A stretch of DNA of 64,000 nucleotides from Vicinamibacterales bacterium (GTDB taxonomy: Bacteria > Acidobacteriota > Vicinamibacteria > Vicinamibacterales > UBA2999): the NCBI GenBank assembly GCA_035647075.1, contig DASROF010000173.1, forward strand, positions 14,721-78,720, read 5' to 3'. This document shows positions 31,115 through 40,151 of the stretch, piece by piece. How positions within the stretch are numbered: position 1 is the first letter of the stretch; each line of letters starts with the position of its first letter. The notes below the pieces were generated by a model. It saw nothing but the letters and a program-made list of their open reading frames with translations. It was not told where the DNA came from and made no database searches. Both the position numbers and the translations under genes were made by a program.

Positions 31115-31139
31115 CCCGGTTCTCGCTTCCGGGTTCGTG
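31115..31139 (-). promoter_or_regulatory. 25-nt motif CACGAACCCGGAAGCGAGAACCGGG (gene orientation) 31 nt upstream of the murA ATG; near-identical copy upstream of nagZ
   Basis: Compare 37330-37354, which reads CACGAACCCGGAACTGAGAACCCGG 32 nt upstream of the nagZ GTG, in the same orientation relative to the gene. Confidence 0.45.
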
Positions 31140-31175
31140 TTCTTCGTTTTGCTACAACGTTCAGTATTAGGGGTT

Positions 31176-32252
31176 CTACGACTGCAGAAACTCAAGATCA
31201 TCGTCGCGGCCAAAGCCGACGAATACCGGCTCGGGCCGGAGACTGATGCCAAATCGATCCAGCACGCCGCGCTTGATTCGCGTTGCAAATCTCAGCACAT
31301 CACGTGCTGTTGCGCCACCACGATTGATCAGCGCCAGTGTATGTTTGCTCGAAATCCCGACCGCTCCATCCACTTCGCCGCGACGAAAGCCCGAACGCTC
31401 GATCAGCCATGCGGCCGGCAGCTTGACTCGACCGGAGTCGACCGGAAACGCTGGCGGCGGGCCGTCTGCGGCTGCGGCCACTCGGTCATGCTCGTGTCCG
31501 TCGACGATCGGGTTCATGAAGAACGATCCGACGCTGCGCGTATCCGGATCGTTCTCGTCCAGCACCATGCCCTTCCGACGGCGGACCGCAAGCACGGCGT
31601 CGCGTACGTCGGCCACGCCCGGAGACGTCGCACCTCGACGAGACAAATAGTCCACGACGTCCGGATACGTGGTCGTGGGCGCCGAGGCCCGCAATCGAAA
31701 CGTCACGTCACAGACGACGAAGCGGCCGGCGTCGGACTTCTTGAAGCGGCTCGTCCGATACGCAAACCCGCAGTCGGCACCCGTCAGGATGTCCATCGCA
31801 CGTGTCTGGCGGTCGTACACCGTCAGTCGATGGATGCTCCCGGCCACCTCCTGGCCGTATGCGCCGACGTTTTGAATCGGTGTCCCACCCACGGTGCCCG
31901 GAATCCCCGACAGACACTCGAGGCCCGCCAGGCCACGATCAACGCATTCCGCGACCGTCGCATCCCACACCTCACCCGCTCCGGCCGTCACGAGGCTGTC
32001 ATCTTCATCCGTCACGTATCTCCGGCCACCGATGTCGAGATGCAGGACCAGACCATCGAATCCCGTGTCGGCAATCACCAGATTGCTGCCGCCGCCCAGC
32101 ACGAACAGCGAAACACCCCGGTCCTCACTCCACCGATGGGCGCGCTGCACATCGTCGACGCTCCTGGCTGTCAGCAGCCACCGGGCCGCGCCGCCGATTC
32201 GCAGAGTGGTAAAGGCGGCCAGCGGCACTGCAGAACGAACAGCCGCGGGCAC
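31176..32252 (-). CDS. murB: UDP-N-acetylenolpyruvoylglucosamine reductase
   Basis: FAD-binding block PLAAFTTLRIGGAARWLL..VLGGGSNLV. I prefer GTG 32252, one nt after the upstream TAA. The track extension to 32372 overlaps the upstream gene. Confidence 0.85.
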   Translation of the reverse strand: MPAAVRSAVPLAAFTTLRIGGAARWLLTARSVDDVQRAHRWSEDRGVSLFVLGGGSNLVIADTGFDGLVLHLDIGGRRYVTDEDDSLVTAGAGEVWDATVAECVDRGLAGLECLSGIPGTVGGTPIQNVGAYGQEVAGSIHRLTVYDRQTRAMDILTGADCGFAYRTSRFKKSDAGRFVVCDVTFRLRASAPTTTYPDVVDYLSRRGATSPGVADVRDAVLAVRRRKGMVLDENDPDTRSVGSFFMNPIVDGHEHDRVAAAADGPPPAFPVDSGRVKLPAAWLIERSGFRRGEVDGAVGISSKHTLALINRGGATARDVLRFATRIKRGVLDRFGISLRPEPVFVGFGRDDDLEFLQS

Positions 32253-32253
32253 A

Positions 32254-33882
32254 TTACTCGAATGCAAGGAGCCTGGCTTCCTGTGCAACAAGCGCCGACA
32301 GCGCCTCGCCACGTGAACATACCCGAAACTCAATCCAGTCGCCGGGTGCCAACTGCGCAACAAGCGGGACATCGGCGGAGATCACGACGGCCAGTTGTGG
32401 ATAACCTCCCGTCGTCTGACGGTCGGCCATCAAGAGGATCGGCTCGCCCGACGATGGCACCTGAATGGCGCCCACGAACGCGGCGTCGGAAATCATCTCG
32501 TGATCTGCGAGGCGGGGAATCTGGCCGCCTTGCAGGCGGTATCCCATCCGACTCGACTGTGACGAGACGATGAAGCGAGTTCGCTCGAGGGCATCCAGCG
32601 CCTCTGGCGGAAAGTGCTCGATCTGCGGCCCGGGGATAACACGCACTCGCGCCCCGCCGCCACGAACGTACGCGGTCGCCTCTGGTGTTGGCCGACGTCG
32701 CCCAACGACCGGTCCCGAACCGCCAAGGCCAAGTCGATCGCCCTGCATGAGCGCACGACCATTCCATCCACCCATCCGCGTCAGCACATGGGTGGACCGG
32801 CTTTCGAGCACACGAGGCACGTCGATCCCACCGTCCATCGCCACATAGGCCCTGGCCCCGAACACACGGTTCGCGAAACGAAGCACGCCTCCCGCCGGGC
32901 AGGCCACCGCTGCGCAGTGCGGCACGCGTGCGCCGTCAAGAGTGGCGCCCAGATCGGCACCGGCAACGGCGAATGTGGTTCGCTGTTCAAAGCGCAGTTT
33001 CGGCCCGGCCAGCGTGGCTTCGAGGACCGCCGCGCCAGGCGCATTGCCGACGAGCGCGTTCGCAGTCCGGTACGCGACCCAATCCATCGCGCCGCACACT
33101 GGCACGCCGCTCGACTGATGGCCCCAGCGACCGCTGTCCTGCACGGTTGTCAACAGTCCCGGGTCGATGATGCTGATCGACCGCGCGGCCGTTACCGACT
33201 GCGCCCCGGGCCGCACGCTGGCGATGTCGGGGCCTACCCCGTGCGGCTCCGCGCGGAATCGCACGGAATCACCAGGCGCGAGTAAAGCGGCGGGCCATTG
33301 TGTCGCGTCGAACATCCGCGTGCTCGTGTGGCCGATGATCTGCCATCCGCCGGGAGAATCGGAGGGGTACACCGCCGTCTGGCCCCCAGCGATGCCAACC
33401 GATCCGGCGCGAACCCGTTGACGGGGAGACGCCTTCCTCGGCGCCGCGATCGATGGATCCACGGTTCCAAGATAGGCAAAGCCAGGAAGGAAGCCGAGCA
33501 TGAATACCCGGTACGAGCGATCGCCATGTCGATTGATCACGTCCTCGCTGCTCAACCCGCCGAACGCAGCAACCTCAGGCAGGTCCGGTCCCCACTGTCC
33601 TCCGTACTCGACCGGAATCTCGATTGATCGTCCTTCGACCGGCGAGATAGTCGCTGCAGAGGCGCGCTCGAGGCTCGCGTGCACGTCGCGAATATCTGTC
33701 ACGAGTGGATCGAAATAGATCGCGACAGACCGGTACGTCGAGACAACGTCGCGGACACCCGGTATCACGTCGTCGCGCACCGCGGCGGCGATGGCAATAG
33801 CGCGGGCATTGACCTGATCGTCGATGACCGGCTCAAGTTCCAGCAACACCGCCGAGTCGCCGGCTTCCTTAATCGCCGACAC
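32254..33882 (-). CDS. Fused 5-oxoprolinase subunit B/C homolog (KipI-KipA, allophanate hydrolase subunit 1+2 fusion)
   Basis: The N-terminal half is KipI/PxpB-like (IKEAGDSAVLLELE.., GFLPGFAYLG). The C-terminal half is KipA/PxpC-like (ISIIDPGLLTTVQDSGRWG.., TTGGYPQLAVVI). I prefer GTG 33882; ATG 33960 is an alternative. Confidence 0.8.
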   Translation of the reverse strand: MSAIKEAGDSAVLLELEPVIDDQVNARAIAIAAAVRDDVIPGVRDVVSTYRSVAIYFDPLVTDIRDVHASLERASAATISPVEGRSIEIPVEYGGQWGPDLPEVAAFGGLSSEDVINRHGDRSYRVFMLGFLPGFAYLGTVDPSIAAPRKASPRQRVRAGSVGIAGGQTAVYPSDSPGGWQIIGHTSTRMFDATQWPAALLAPGDSVRFRAEPHGVGPDIASVRPGAQSVTAARSISIIDPGLLTTVQDSGRWGHQSSGVPVCGAMDWVAYRTANALVGNAPGAAVLEATLAGPKLRFEQRTTFAVAGADLGATLDGARVPHCAAVACPAGGVLRFANRVFGARAYVAMDGGIDVPRVLESRSTHVLTRMGGWNGRALMQGDRLGLGGSGPVVGRRRPTPEATAYVRGGGARVRVIPGPQIEHFPPEALDALERTRFIVSSQSSRMGYRLQGGQIPRLADHEMISDAAFVGAIQVPSSGEPILLMADRQTTGGYPQLAVVISADVPLVAQLAPGDWIEFRVCSRGEALSALVAQEARLLAFE

Positions 33883-35308
33883 GGTCCTGGAGCGCCCGGA
33901 GCAGCGTCCGATGAATGCCGCCGAACCCACCGTTGGACATGAGCACGACGACATCCCCATCGCGATGCTCGCGCACGATGGTCGAGACGATGTCCTCGTT
34001 ATTCGGAAGGTGGCGCGCCCGCTTCCCCTGCGCTCGCAGATCCGATACGAGCCGATCGCTATCCAGACGATCAGCTTCCGGCAGAGACGACCGGAACACT
34101 GCGGCAAGAATCACTTCGTCCGCGGCAGCAAACGCCGCCGCAAAAGCATCCTGGAACACACGGCGGCACGACGACGCGGAGCGTGGCTCGAAGACGGCCC
34201 AGATGCGTCGATCCGGATATCCGTTCCTCAGCGCCGAGAGCGTCTCATAGACCGCCGTCGGGTGATGCGCGAAGTCGTCAAGGATCGTAACTCCGCGCGC
34301 CACTCCCACGATTTCGAGGCGACGCTTGATGCCCTGGAACAGGCGCAGGCCGTCGGCAAGCTGGTCCGGCCCCATGCCTGCCCTCGCGCCAACCGCGATC
34401 GCAGCCAGCGCATTGCGAACGTTGTGGACGCCGAGCAGAGGTGACTCGAAGGTACCATACGGTTCGCCGTGACGCCGAACGTCGAATCGCGTCTGGCCAT
34501 CGCGCGTGCGGAGATCGTGCGCCTGCCAGGTGACGCCATCAGCCAACCCGAACGTTTCGACCGGGCTGACGGCTGTGGCTTCCAGCGCTGCGGCATCAGG
34601 GCTGTCCGCACCAAGCAGCAGCAATCCCGTACGCGGGACGAGATTGGCCAGCCGCCGGAAGGCAAGGCGGACCTCGTCGAGATTGGCGTAGATATCCGCG
34701 TGGTCGAACTCGATGTTGTTGATGATCGCGATATCGGGCAGGTACTTGAGGAACTTCGCCGTCTTGTCGAAGAACGCGCTGTCGTACTCGTCGCCCTCGA
34801 TGACGAAATGTCGCCCCGACCCGACGCGATAGCTCGATCCGCCAGCACCAAAGTTCAATGCGATGCCGCCGACGAGCACGGTCGGATCGAGCTTGCCGTG
34901 TGTCAACAGCCAGGCGGTGAGCGACGTCGTGGTCGTCTTGCCGTGCGTTCCGGCTACAACGACCGACTCGGCGCCCCACAGAAACTGGTCGCGAATGACT
35001 TCGGGCAGCGAGCAGTACCGAATCTTCCGTTCCAGCACCGCTTCGAGCTCAGGATTCCCGCGCGAGATCGCGTTGCCGACAACCACCAGGTCCAGATCGG
35101 CCGTAATGTGTGCGGCGTCATAGCCGCTGAACGTATGAATGTGCTCGGCCGCCAGGAAGTCGCTCATCGGCGGATAGACGTTCTGATCCGATCCGCGAAC
35201 GTCATGACCGCGGCTCTTCAACAGCGCCGCCAGCGTCGCCATGGCGGTTCCACACACGCCGATCAGATAGATCCGCTGACGATCAGCCAACGGCGGCTTC
35301 CTCGACAA
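33869..35308 (-). CDS. mpl: UDP-N-acetylmuramate:L-alanyl-gamma-D-glutamyl-meso-diaminopimelate ligase
   Basis: RIYLIGVCGTAMATLAALLKSRGHDVRGSDQNVYPPMSDFL is the Mpl N-terminal signature, and a Mur ligase middle domain contains GTHGKTTTT. Confidence 0.85.
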   Translation of the reverse strand: MSRKPPLADRQRIYLIGVCGTAMATLAALLKSRGHDVRGSDQNVYPPMSDFLAAEHIHTFSGYDAAHITADLDLVVVGNAISRGNPELEAVLERKIRYCSLPEVIRDQFLWGAESVVVAGTHGKTTTTSLTAWLLTHGKLDPTVLVGGIALNFGAGGSSYRVGSGRHFVIEGDEYDSAFFDKTAKFLKYLPDIAIINNIEFDHADIYANLDEVRLAFRRLANLVPRTGLLLLGADSPDAAALEATAVSPVETFGLADGVTWQAHDLRTRDGQTRFDVRRHGEPYGTFESPLLGVHNVRNALAAIAVGARAGMGPDQLADGLRLFQGIKRRLEIVGVARGVTILDDFAHHPTAVYETLSALRNGYPDRRIWAVFEPRSASSCRRVFQDAFAAAFAAADEVILAAVFRSSLPEADRLDSDRLVSDLRAQGKRARHLPNNEDIVSTIVREHRDGDVVVLMSNGGFGGIHRTLLRALQDRVGD

Positions 35309-36212
35309 GAAGCGATGGACGCGGATGTGTCGTCAGGCGCACGGCGACGCCGAGCGGCAGGGTCCAGCATGGTCCGGAGGTGTGCCCTGAGGGGAATCCG
35401 TAAACAACCGGACCGTGAAAGCCCTTCGTGAGCCGCTGAATCACGGCGCGTGCCGTCACTGCACCACCGGGCTCGTCGCACGATCGCATTTCCCCGAACA
35501 CCAGGCCTGAGGCGCGCTCGAGCACCCCGCTCAGGCGCAGCTGGGTCAGCATGCGGTCGATGCGATACGGTCGCTCGCCCACGTCCTCGATGAAGAGAAT
35601 CGACCGCGCTGGAGGGTCGAAGGCGTACGGCGTGCCCAGCGACGACACCAGGGTTGTCAGGGTCCCACCATGCAGAGGTCCAACTGTCTCGCCGGATTGA
35701 AGAACCACAAGACCGTCGGGGGCCAGGCTGATCCCTGCTCCGCCGCTGGCCAGTGCCATGAACGAGGCTTCGTCGTACCCCGCCGACCCACGTGAGAGCC
35801 GTCGATCCAGCATCGGACCATGGAGGGCGGTAATCGCACACTGACAGGTCAACCACGACAGGATCGACGTGTTATCGCTGTAGCCGATGAACAGCTTGGG
35901 TGTGGCGCAGATCACGTCCCGATCCAGGAACGGCACCACGTGGACGCTGCCGTACCCTCCCCGCGTCGCAATCAGCGCGCGGACATCCGGATCGCGCCAG
36001 TAGCGCAGGAAAGCACCGGCGCGCGATTCAGCGGTGCCTGCCAGATACCCGGCCTCACGCGCAAATACGGTCTCGTCGTAGACGGGAACAAACCCGAGCC
36101 GGCGCAGCTCCGCAACACCAGCGTCGAACTCCTCTCGAGCGAAAGCGCTTGCCGGCGACACGACGGCGATCCGGTCGCCGCGTTTCAGGGCGGGTGGGAG
36201 ACGGCGGCTCAC
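35283..36212 (-). CDS. ldcA: Muramoyltetrapeptide LD-carboxypeptidase (S66)
   Basis: LKRGDRIAVVSPAS.., nucleophile block FIGYSDNTS, and GFPSGH at the C terminus. The GTG start 36212 overlaps the nagZ TGA (GTGA). Confidence 0.8.
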   Translation of the reverse strand: MSRRLPPALKRGDRIAVVSPASAFAREEFDAGVAELRRLGFVPVYDETVFAREAGYLAGTAESRAGAFLRYWRDPDVRALIATRGGYGSVHVVPFLDRDVICATPKLFIGYSDNTSILSWLTCQCAITALHGPMLDRRLSRGSAGYDEASFMALASGGAGISLAPDGLVVLQSGETVGPLHGGTLTTLVSSLGTPYAFDPPARSILFIEDVGERPYRIDRMLTQLRLSGVLERASGLVFGEMRSCDEPGGAVTARAVIQRLTKGFHGPVVYGFPSGHTSGPCWTLPLGVAVRLTTHPRPSLLVEEAAVG

Positions 36213-37297
36213 AGGAAGCGGGACATCTCCTCCGCGATGCGCTGATGCGCATCGCAGCCCAGCACGTGCTGCAGCCGCGGCGCGCGCCCCGTTCCGACCG
36301 GCGCGGCGAGAAACCGTTCTTTCGCCTGCCGCAGACGCTTCAGCGCGTCTTCGATCCGCTTGTACGGGATGCGGCCCTGCTCGACGGCATGGACCAACGC
36401 TTCGAGCGTCACTGCTTGCACTTCTACATCGCCGCTGCAAATCAGTAAGGCATCACAGCCGGCGCCGATGGCCTGAACCGCCGCTTCTGGAACGGAGTAC
36501 GACGCCGCGATCGCCTTCATCTCGAGATCGTCGCTCAGGATCACCCCCGCGTAGCCGAGCTCGTCCCGCAAGATGCCCTGCACGATCTTCGGTGACAGCG
36601 TGGCGGGCCTCTCTTCGTCCAGGGACGGAACGAGCACGTGCGCGGTCATGATGAACGCCACGTCCGCTTTGATGGCGTCGCGGAACGGAACGCACTCAAC
36701 CCGCCGAATGCGGTCGGGTGGATGCTCAACGAGCGGCAACTCCAGATGTGAATCCACCGAGGTGTCGCCATGCCCGGGGAAATGCTTGCCGCATGCCGCC
36801 ACACCGTGTTCCTGCAGGCCGCGGACGATGGCCACGCCAAGGCGTCCGACAAGGTCCGCAGTGTCCGCGAGCGCACGATCGCCAATGACTGGATTCTTGG
36901 GATTGGTGTGGATGTCGAGGACCGGGGCGTAGTCGAGCGTGATGCCCACTGCCCGCAATTCCGCAGCGAGCGCGGCGGCGAAGCGCGAGGCCAGCTCGAC
37001 GCTCCCACTTCGTCCCAGCACCGCCATCGGCGGCCATTCGGTAAACGGCTTTCGCAGCCGGGCAACGCGGCCTCCTTCCTGGTCTACGCCCACCCACAGT
37101 GGCAGCTCCGCCGCGAGCGCCTGGAGGTCGATCGAGAGCTCGGCTACCTGGTCAGGGGCCTCGATATTGCGCGCGAAGATGGTCACGCCGCCGAGTGAGA
37201 ACTCGCGTGCGAGCGAACGAATTTCGGGTGAGAGAACGGGACCAGCGAGACTTCCGATCAGCAGTTGACCGATCTCGTGGCGGATGGCCGAAGGCAC
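36209..37297 (-). CDS. nagZ: Beta-N-acetylhexosaminidase NagZ (GH3)
   Basis: VDQEGGRV, the GH3 signature KHFPGHGDTSVDSH, and ILSDDLEM. GTG start at 37297. Confidence 0.9.
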   Translation of the reverse strand: MPSAIRHEIGQLLIGSLAGPVLSPEIRSLAREFSLGGVTIFARNIEAPDQVAELSIDLQALAAELPLWVGVDQEGGRVARLRKPFTEWPPMAVLGRSGSVELASRFAAALAAELRAVGITLDYAPVLDIHTNPKNPVIGDRALADTADLVGRLGVAIVRGLQEHGVAACGKHFPGHGDTSVDSHLELPLVEHPPDRIRRVECVPFRDAIKADVAFIMTAHVLVPSLDEERPATLSPKIVQGILRDELGYAGVILSDDLEMKAIAASYSVPEAAVQAIGAGCDALLICSGDVEVQAVTLEALVHAVEQGRIPYKRIEDALKRLRQAKERFLAAPVGTGRAPRLQHVLGCDAHQRIAEEMSRFL

Positions 37298-37303
37298 GAA
37301 GAC

Positions 37304-37423
37304 ATTATAGAGAACCGCTGTTCAGTCTTCCGGGTTCTCAGTTCCGGGTTCGTGCTCCTGGTTGGTGTTCGGGGTTCGGGGTTTCGGGGTTCCTGGTTCG
37401 GCCGAACAGCGGGGTTCTATAAT
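37304..37423. promoter_or_regulatory. Divergent nagZ / GHMP-kinase control region: 20-nt inverted repeat with embedded -10 boxes, flanking a GGGGTTC-type heptamer array
   Basis: The left arm ATTATAGAGAACCGCTGTTC (37304-37323) and right arm GAACAGCGGGGTTCTATAAT (37404-37423) match 17 of 20 as reverse complements. TATAAT on the - strand ends 6 nt before the nagZ GTG. TATAAT on the + strand ends 8 nt before the kinase GTG. Heptamers lie at 37359-37399. Confidence 0.5.
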
Positions 37424-37431
37424 GCGTCCCC

Positions 37432-38421
37432 GTGACTATCGCGACCTCTGCCCCGACACGGATCGATCTCGCGGGGGGCACGATCGACATCTGGCCTCTC
37501 TACCTTTTCCACCCTGGGGCCCAGACCCTCAATGCGGCGATCAGTCTTCGCGCGACGGTGCGCCTTTCCACCCGATCAGACGACCTGATCGTCATCCAGT
37601 CGGAGGATACGTCCACCACGGTCGAGGCGGGACGCTGGCAGGACCTCCGGTCTGAGCGCAAGCTCCGGCTGCTCTCCCTGCTCGTGTACTTCTTCGAAGG
37701 ACACGGCATCACGCTGACGACCAACAGCGCATCGCCGGCGGGGGCGGGCATCGCAGGATCCTCAGCAATGAACGTCGCCGTCTGCGCGGCACTGGCAGAT
37801 TGGCGGCGAATCCATTACGAGCCGGAGGCGCTGCTGCAAATCGCCATGAACGTCGAGGCCCAGGCGATCAATGTGCCGACTGGACTGCAGGACTACCGGC
37901 CGGCCCTCTATGGTGGGATTGCGGCCCTCGAGCTCGAAGTGGACGGCGTACGGCGGGTGCCCCTTGACGTTGACCTGAAGGAACTCCAACGCCGGATCGT
38001 TCTCTGCTACACGGGTGAGCCACGGAATTCCGGAACAAACAATTGGGACATCACGAAGAAGCACATCGACGGCGACCCTCACATCTTCGACTGCTTCGAG
38101 CGCATCCGGGACACGGCTGCGACAATGCGGACGGCGCTGACGCGTGACGACTGGGATGGCGTGGGAACCGCTATCGCCGACGAGTGGGAAAACAGAAAGA
38201 GACTGTCGCCGGGGGTGACCACCCCGGGCATCGAGCGGCTGATCACCCGCGCGGCTCAGGCTGGCGCGACGGCGGCAAAAGTATGCGGCGCCGGGGGCGG
38301 CGGCTGTCTGTTCTGCTATGGCCCTCCCGACCGTCGGGCCGACATCGCTGAGGCGCTTGGCGCCGGCGGCGCCACGATCCTGGATTACTCGTTCGAGCAG
38401 CACGGGCTGCTGCGTGGATAA
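37432..38421 (+). CDS. GHMP-family sugar kinase (HddA/fucokinase-like, COG2605-type)
   Basis: APTRIDLAGGTIDIWPLY.., GHMP motif SPAGAGIAGSSAMNVAV, and C-terminal KVCGAGGGGCLFCY. Confidence 0.8.
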   Translation: MTIATSAPTRIDLAGGTIDIWPLYLFHPGAQTLNAAISLRATVRLSTRSDDLIVIQSEDTSTTVEAGRWQDLRSERKLRLLSLLVYFFEGHGITLTTNSASPAGAGIAGSSAMNVAVCAALADWRRIHYEPEALLQIAMNVEAQAINVPTGLQDYRPALYGGIAALELEVDGVRRVPLDVDLKELQRRIVLCYTGEPRNSGTNNWDITKKHIDGDPHIFDCFERIRDTAATMRTALTRDDWDGVGTAIADEWENRKRLSPGVTTPGIERLITRAAQAGATAAKVCGAGGGGCLFCYGPPDRRADIAEALGAGGATILDYSFEQHGLLRG

Positions 38422-40147
38422 CCGGGCCATCGCTCAGGTACTCGGTGAGATCGCCGATCTGCTGGAAATCAAGAACGAGAACGGCTTCAAGATCCGGGCA
38501 TATCGATCAGCGAGTGAGACAATCGCCGCCTACCCGGACGCGATTGCCCGCCTCGACGACAAACAGCTTCGCGACATTCCTGGTATCGGCAAGGATCTCG
38601 CCGCCCGCGTCCGCGAGCTCGCGGAGACAGGCACATCCGCCTACCATCGAGAGCTCCTCGAGCAGTTCCCGCAGACAATCCTCGACCTTCTCCGACTGCA
38701 GGGTGTCGGGCCGAAGACAGTTGCCCTTCTCTACTCGGCGCTGAACATCAGCTCGGTTGACGCTCTGGCAGCTGCAGCCCGTGACGGCAGACTCCGGTCG
38801 CTGAAAGGCATGGGCCCGAAAAAGGAAGCACTGATCCTGAAAGCGATCGAGGAACGTGAGAAGGATGCCGGCCGTCATCGGCTCGCTGACACAGCCACGG
38901 TATCCGCAGCGCTCGTCGAGTATCTGCACGAGCGAGCGCCCACGGTTGAATTCATTCCTGTTGGCAGCGTCCGCCGTGGATGCGATACCTGCGGCGATAT
39001 CGACATTCTCGCCGTCGGTGGCGACCCGACCGTGATGGACCTGCTCCTGCAGCATCCGGGCGTCGAGCGCGTCCTCGGCCACGGTGAGACGAAATCCAGT
39101 ATTCGGCTGCAAGGCGGTTATCAGGCCGACCTGCGTCTCGTGCCGGTCGAGAGCCGCGGCGCCGCCATGCAGTACTTCACCGGCTCCAAGGCTCATAACA
39201 TCGTCATTCGCGACCGCGCGGTTCAACGTGGTCTCAAGCTCAACGAGTACGGACTCTTCGACCTGGATGGCGACCGCCTCATCGCAGGCGAGTCGGAAGA
39301 AGGGGTTTACGAAGCGCTCGATCTCGCCTGGATCGAGCCGGAACTGCGCGAAAATCACGGCGAAATCGAAGCGGCCCGTCAGCGTCGCCTTCCCCGCCTG
39401 GTGACGCTCGCCGACCTGCGCGGCGACCTCCACATGCACACGACCGCGACCGATGGCCGCGACGATCTCGAGACCATGGCCGCGGCGGCGCAGACACGAG
39501 GCCACGAGTACATTGCGATCACCGATCACAGCAAGGCGATGGCGATGTCGAACGGACTGGATGAGCGTCGTGTGCTGGAGCATGCGGCCCGTGTCCGTGC
39601 GCTGAACGGCCGTTACGAGGGGCTCACCTTGCTTGCGGGTGTGGAATGCGACATCCTCGCCGACGGTACCCTTGACCTCGCGCACGACTGCCTGGCCCAG
39701 TTGGACTGGGTGGTCGCATCCGTGCATTCTCATTTCGGTCAGGAAGAAACGCAGATGACCGATCGGCTGATGCGCGCGATTGAGTGTCCCTGGGTGGATG
39801 TACTCGGCCATCCAACCGGCCGCCTCCTGCTGAAACGCGAGCCTGCACGCGTCAACATGGACGTCCTCACGACCGCGGCTGCCGGTCTGGGCGTCGCGCT
39901 CGAGATCAACGCGCAGGACGCGCGACTCGACCTCTGCGACTCGCACGCACGGCTGGCGCGAGAGCGCGGTGTGCGGCTTGTGATCTCGACCGACGCGCAC
40001 TCGGTGAACGCCTTGAACAACCTCCAATGGGGCGTCACTGTCGCACGCCGGGCGTGGGCCTCACCGGACGATGTGCTCAACACGCGCAGCCTGCCCTCCC
40101 TGCGTGACGCACTGCGGAGAACTCGGCACGCCGGTGGGAGCGCGTAA
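38414..40147 (+). CDS. polX: DNA polymerase/3'-5' exonuclease PolX (full length)
   Basis: HhH N terminus (NRAIAQVLGEIADLLEIKNENGFKIRAYR), palm with catalytic GDIDIL, and a PHP domain (DLHMHTTATDG, ITDHS..). The GTG 38414 start overlaps the kinase stop by 8 nt. Confidence 0.85.
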   Translation: MDNRAIAQVLGEIADLLEIKNENGFKIRAYRSASETIAAYPDAIARLDDKQLRDIPGIGKDLAARVRELAETGTSAYHRELLEQFPQTILDLLRLQGVGPKTVALLYSALNISSVDALAAAARDGRLRSLKGMGPKKEALILKAIEEREKDAGRHRLADTATVSAALVEYLHERAPTVEFIPVGSVRRGCDTCGDIDILAVGGDPTVMDLLLQHPGVERVLGHGETKSSIRLQGGYQADLRLVPVESRGAAMQYFTGSKAHNIVIRDRAVQRGLKLNEYGLFDLDGDRLIAGESEEGVYEALDLAWIEPELRENHGEIEAARQRRLPRLVTLADLRGDLHMHTTATDGRDDLETMAAAAQTRGHEYIAITDHSKAMAMSNGLDERRVLEHAARVRALNGRYEGLTLLAGVECDILADGTLDLAHDCLAQLDWVVASVHSHFGQEETQMTDRLMRAIECPWVDVLGHPTGRLLLKREPARVNMDVLTTAAAGLGVALEINAQDARLDLCDSHARLARERGVRLVISTDAHSVNALNNLQWGVTVARRAWASPDDVLNTRSLPSLRDALRRTRHAGGSA

Positions 40148-40151
40148 CACC

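Noticed and set aside
37359-37399. Heptamer and 9-mer arrays considered as a CRISPR array or as phase-variable simple-sequence contingency loci.
   Set aside because: The units are 7-9 nt with no spacers and only about 5-6 degenerate copies. The imperfection of the units argues against efficient slipped-strand mispairing. No cas genes are present.
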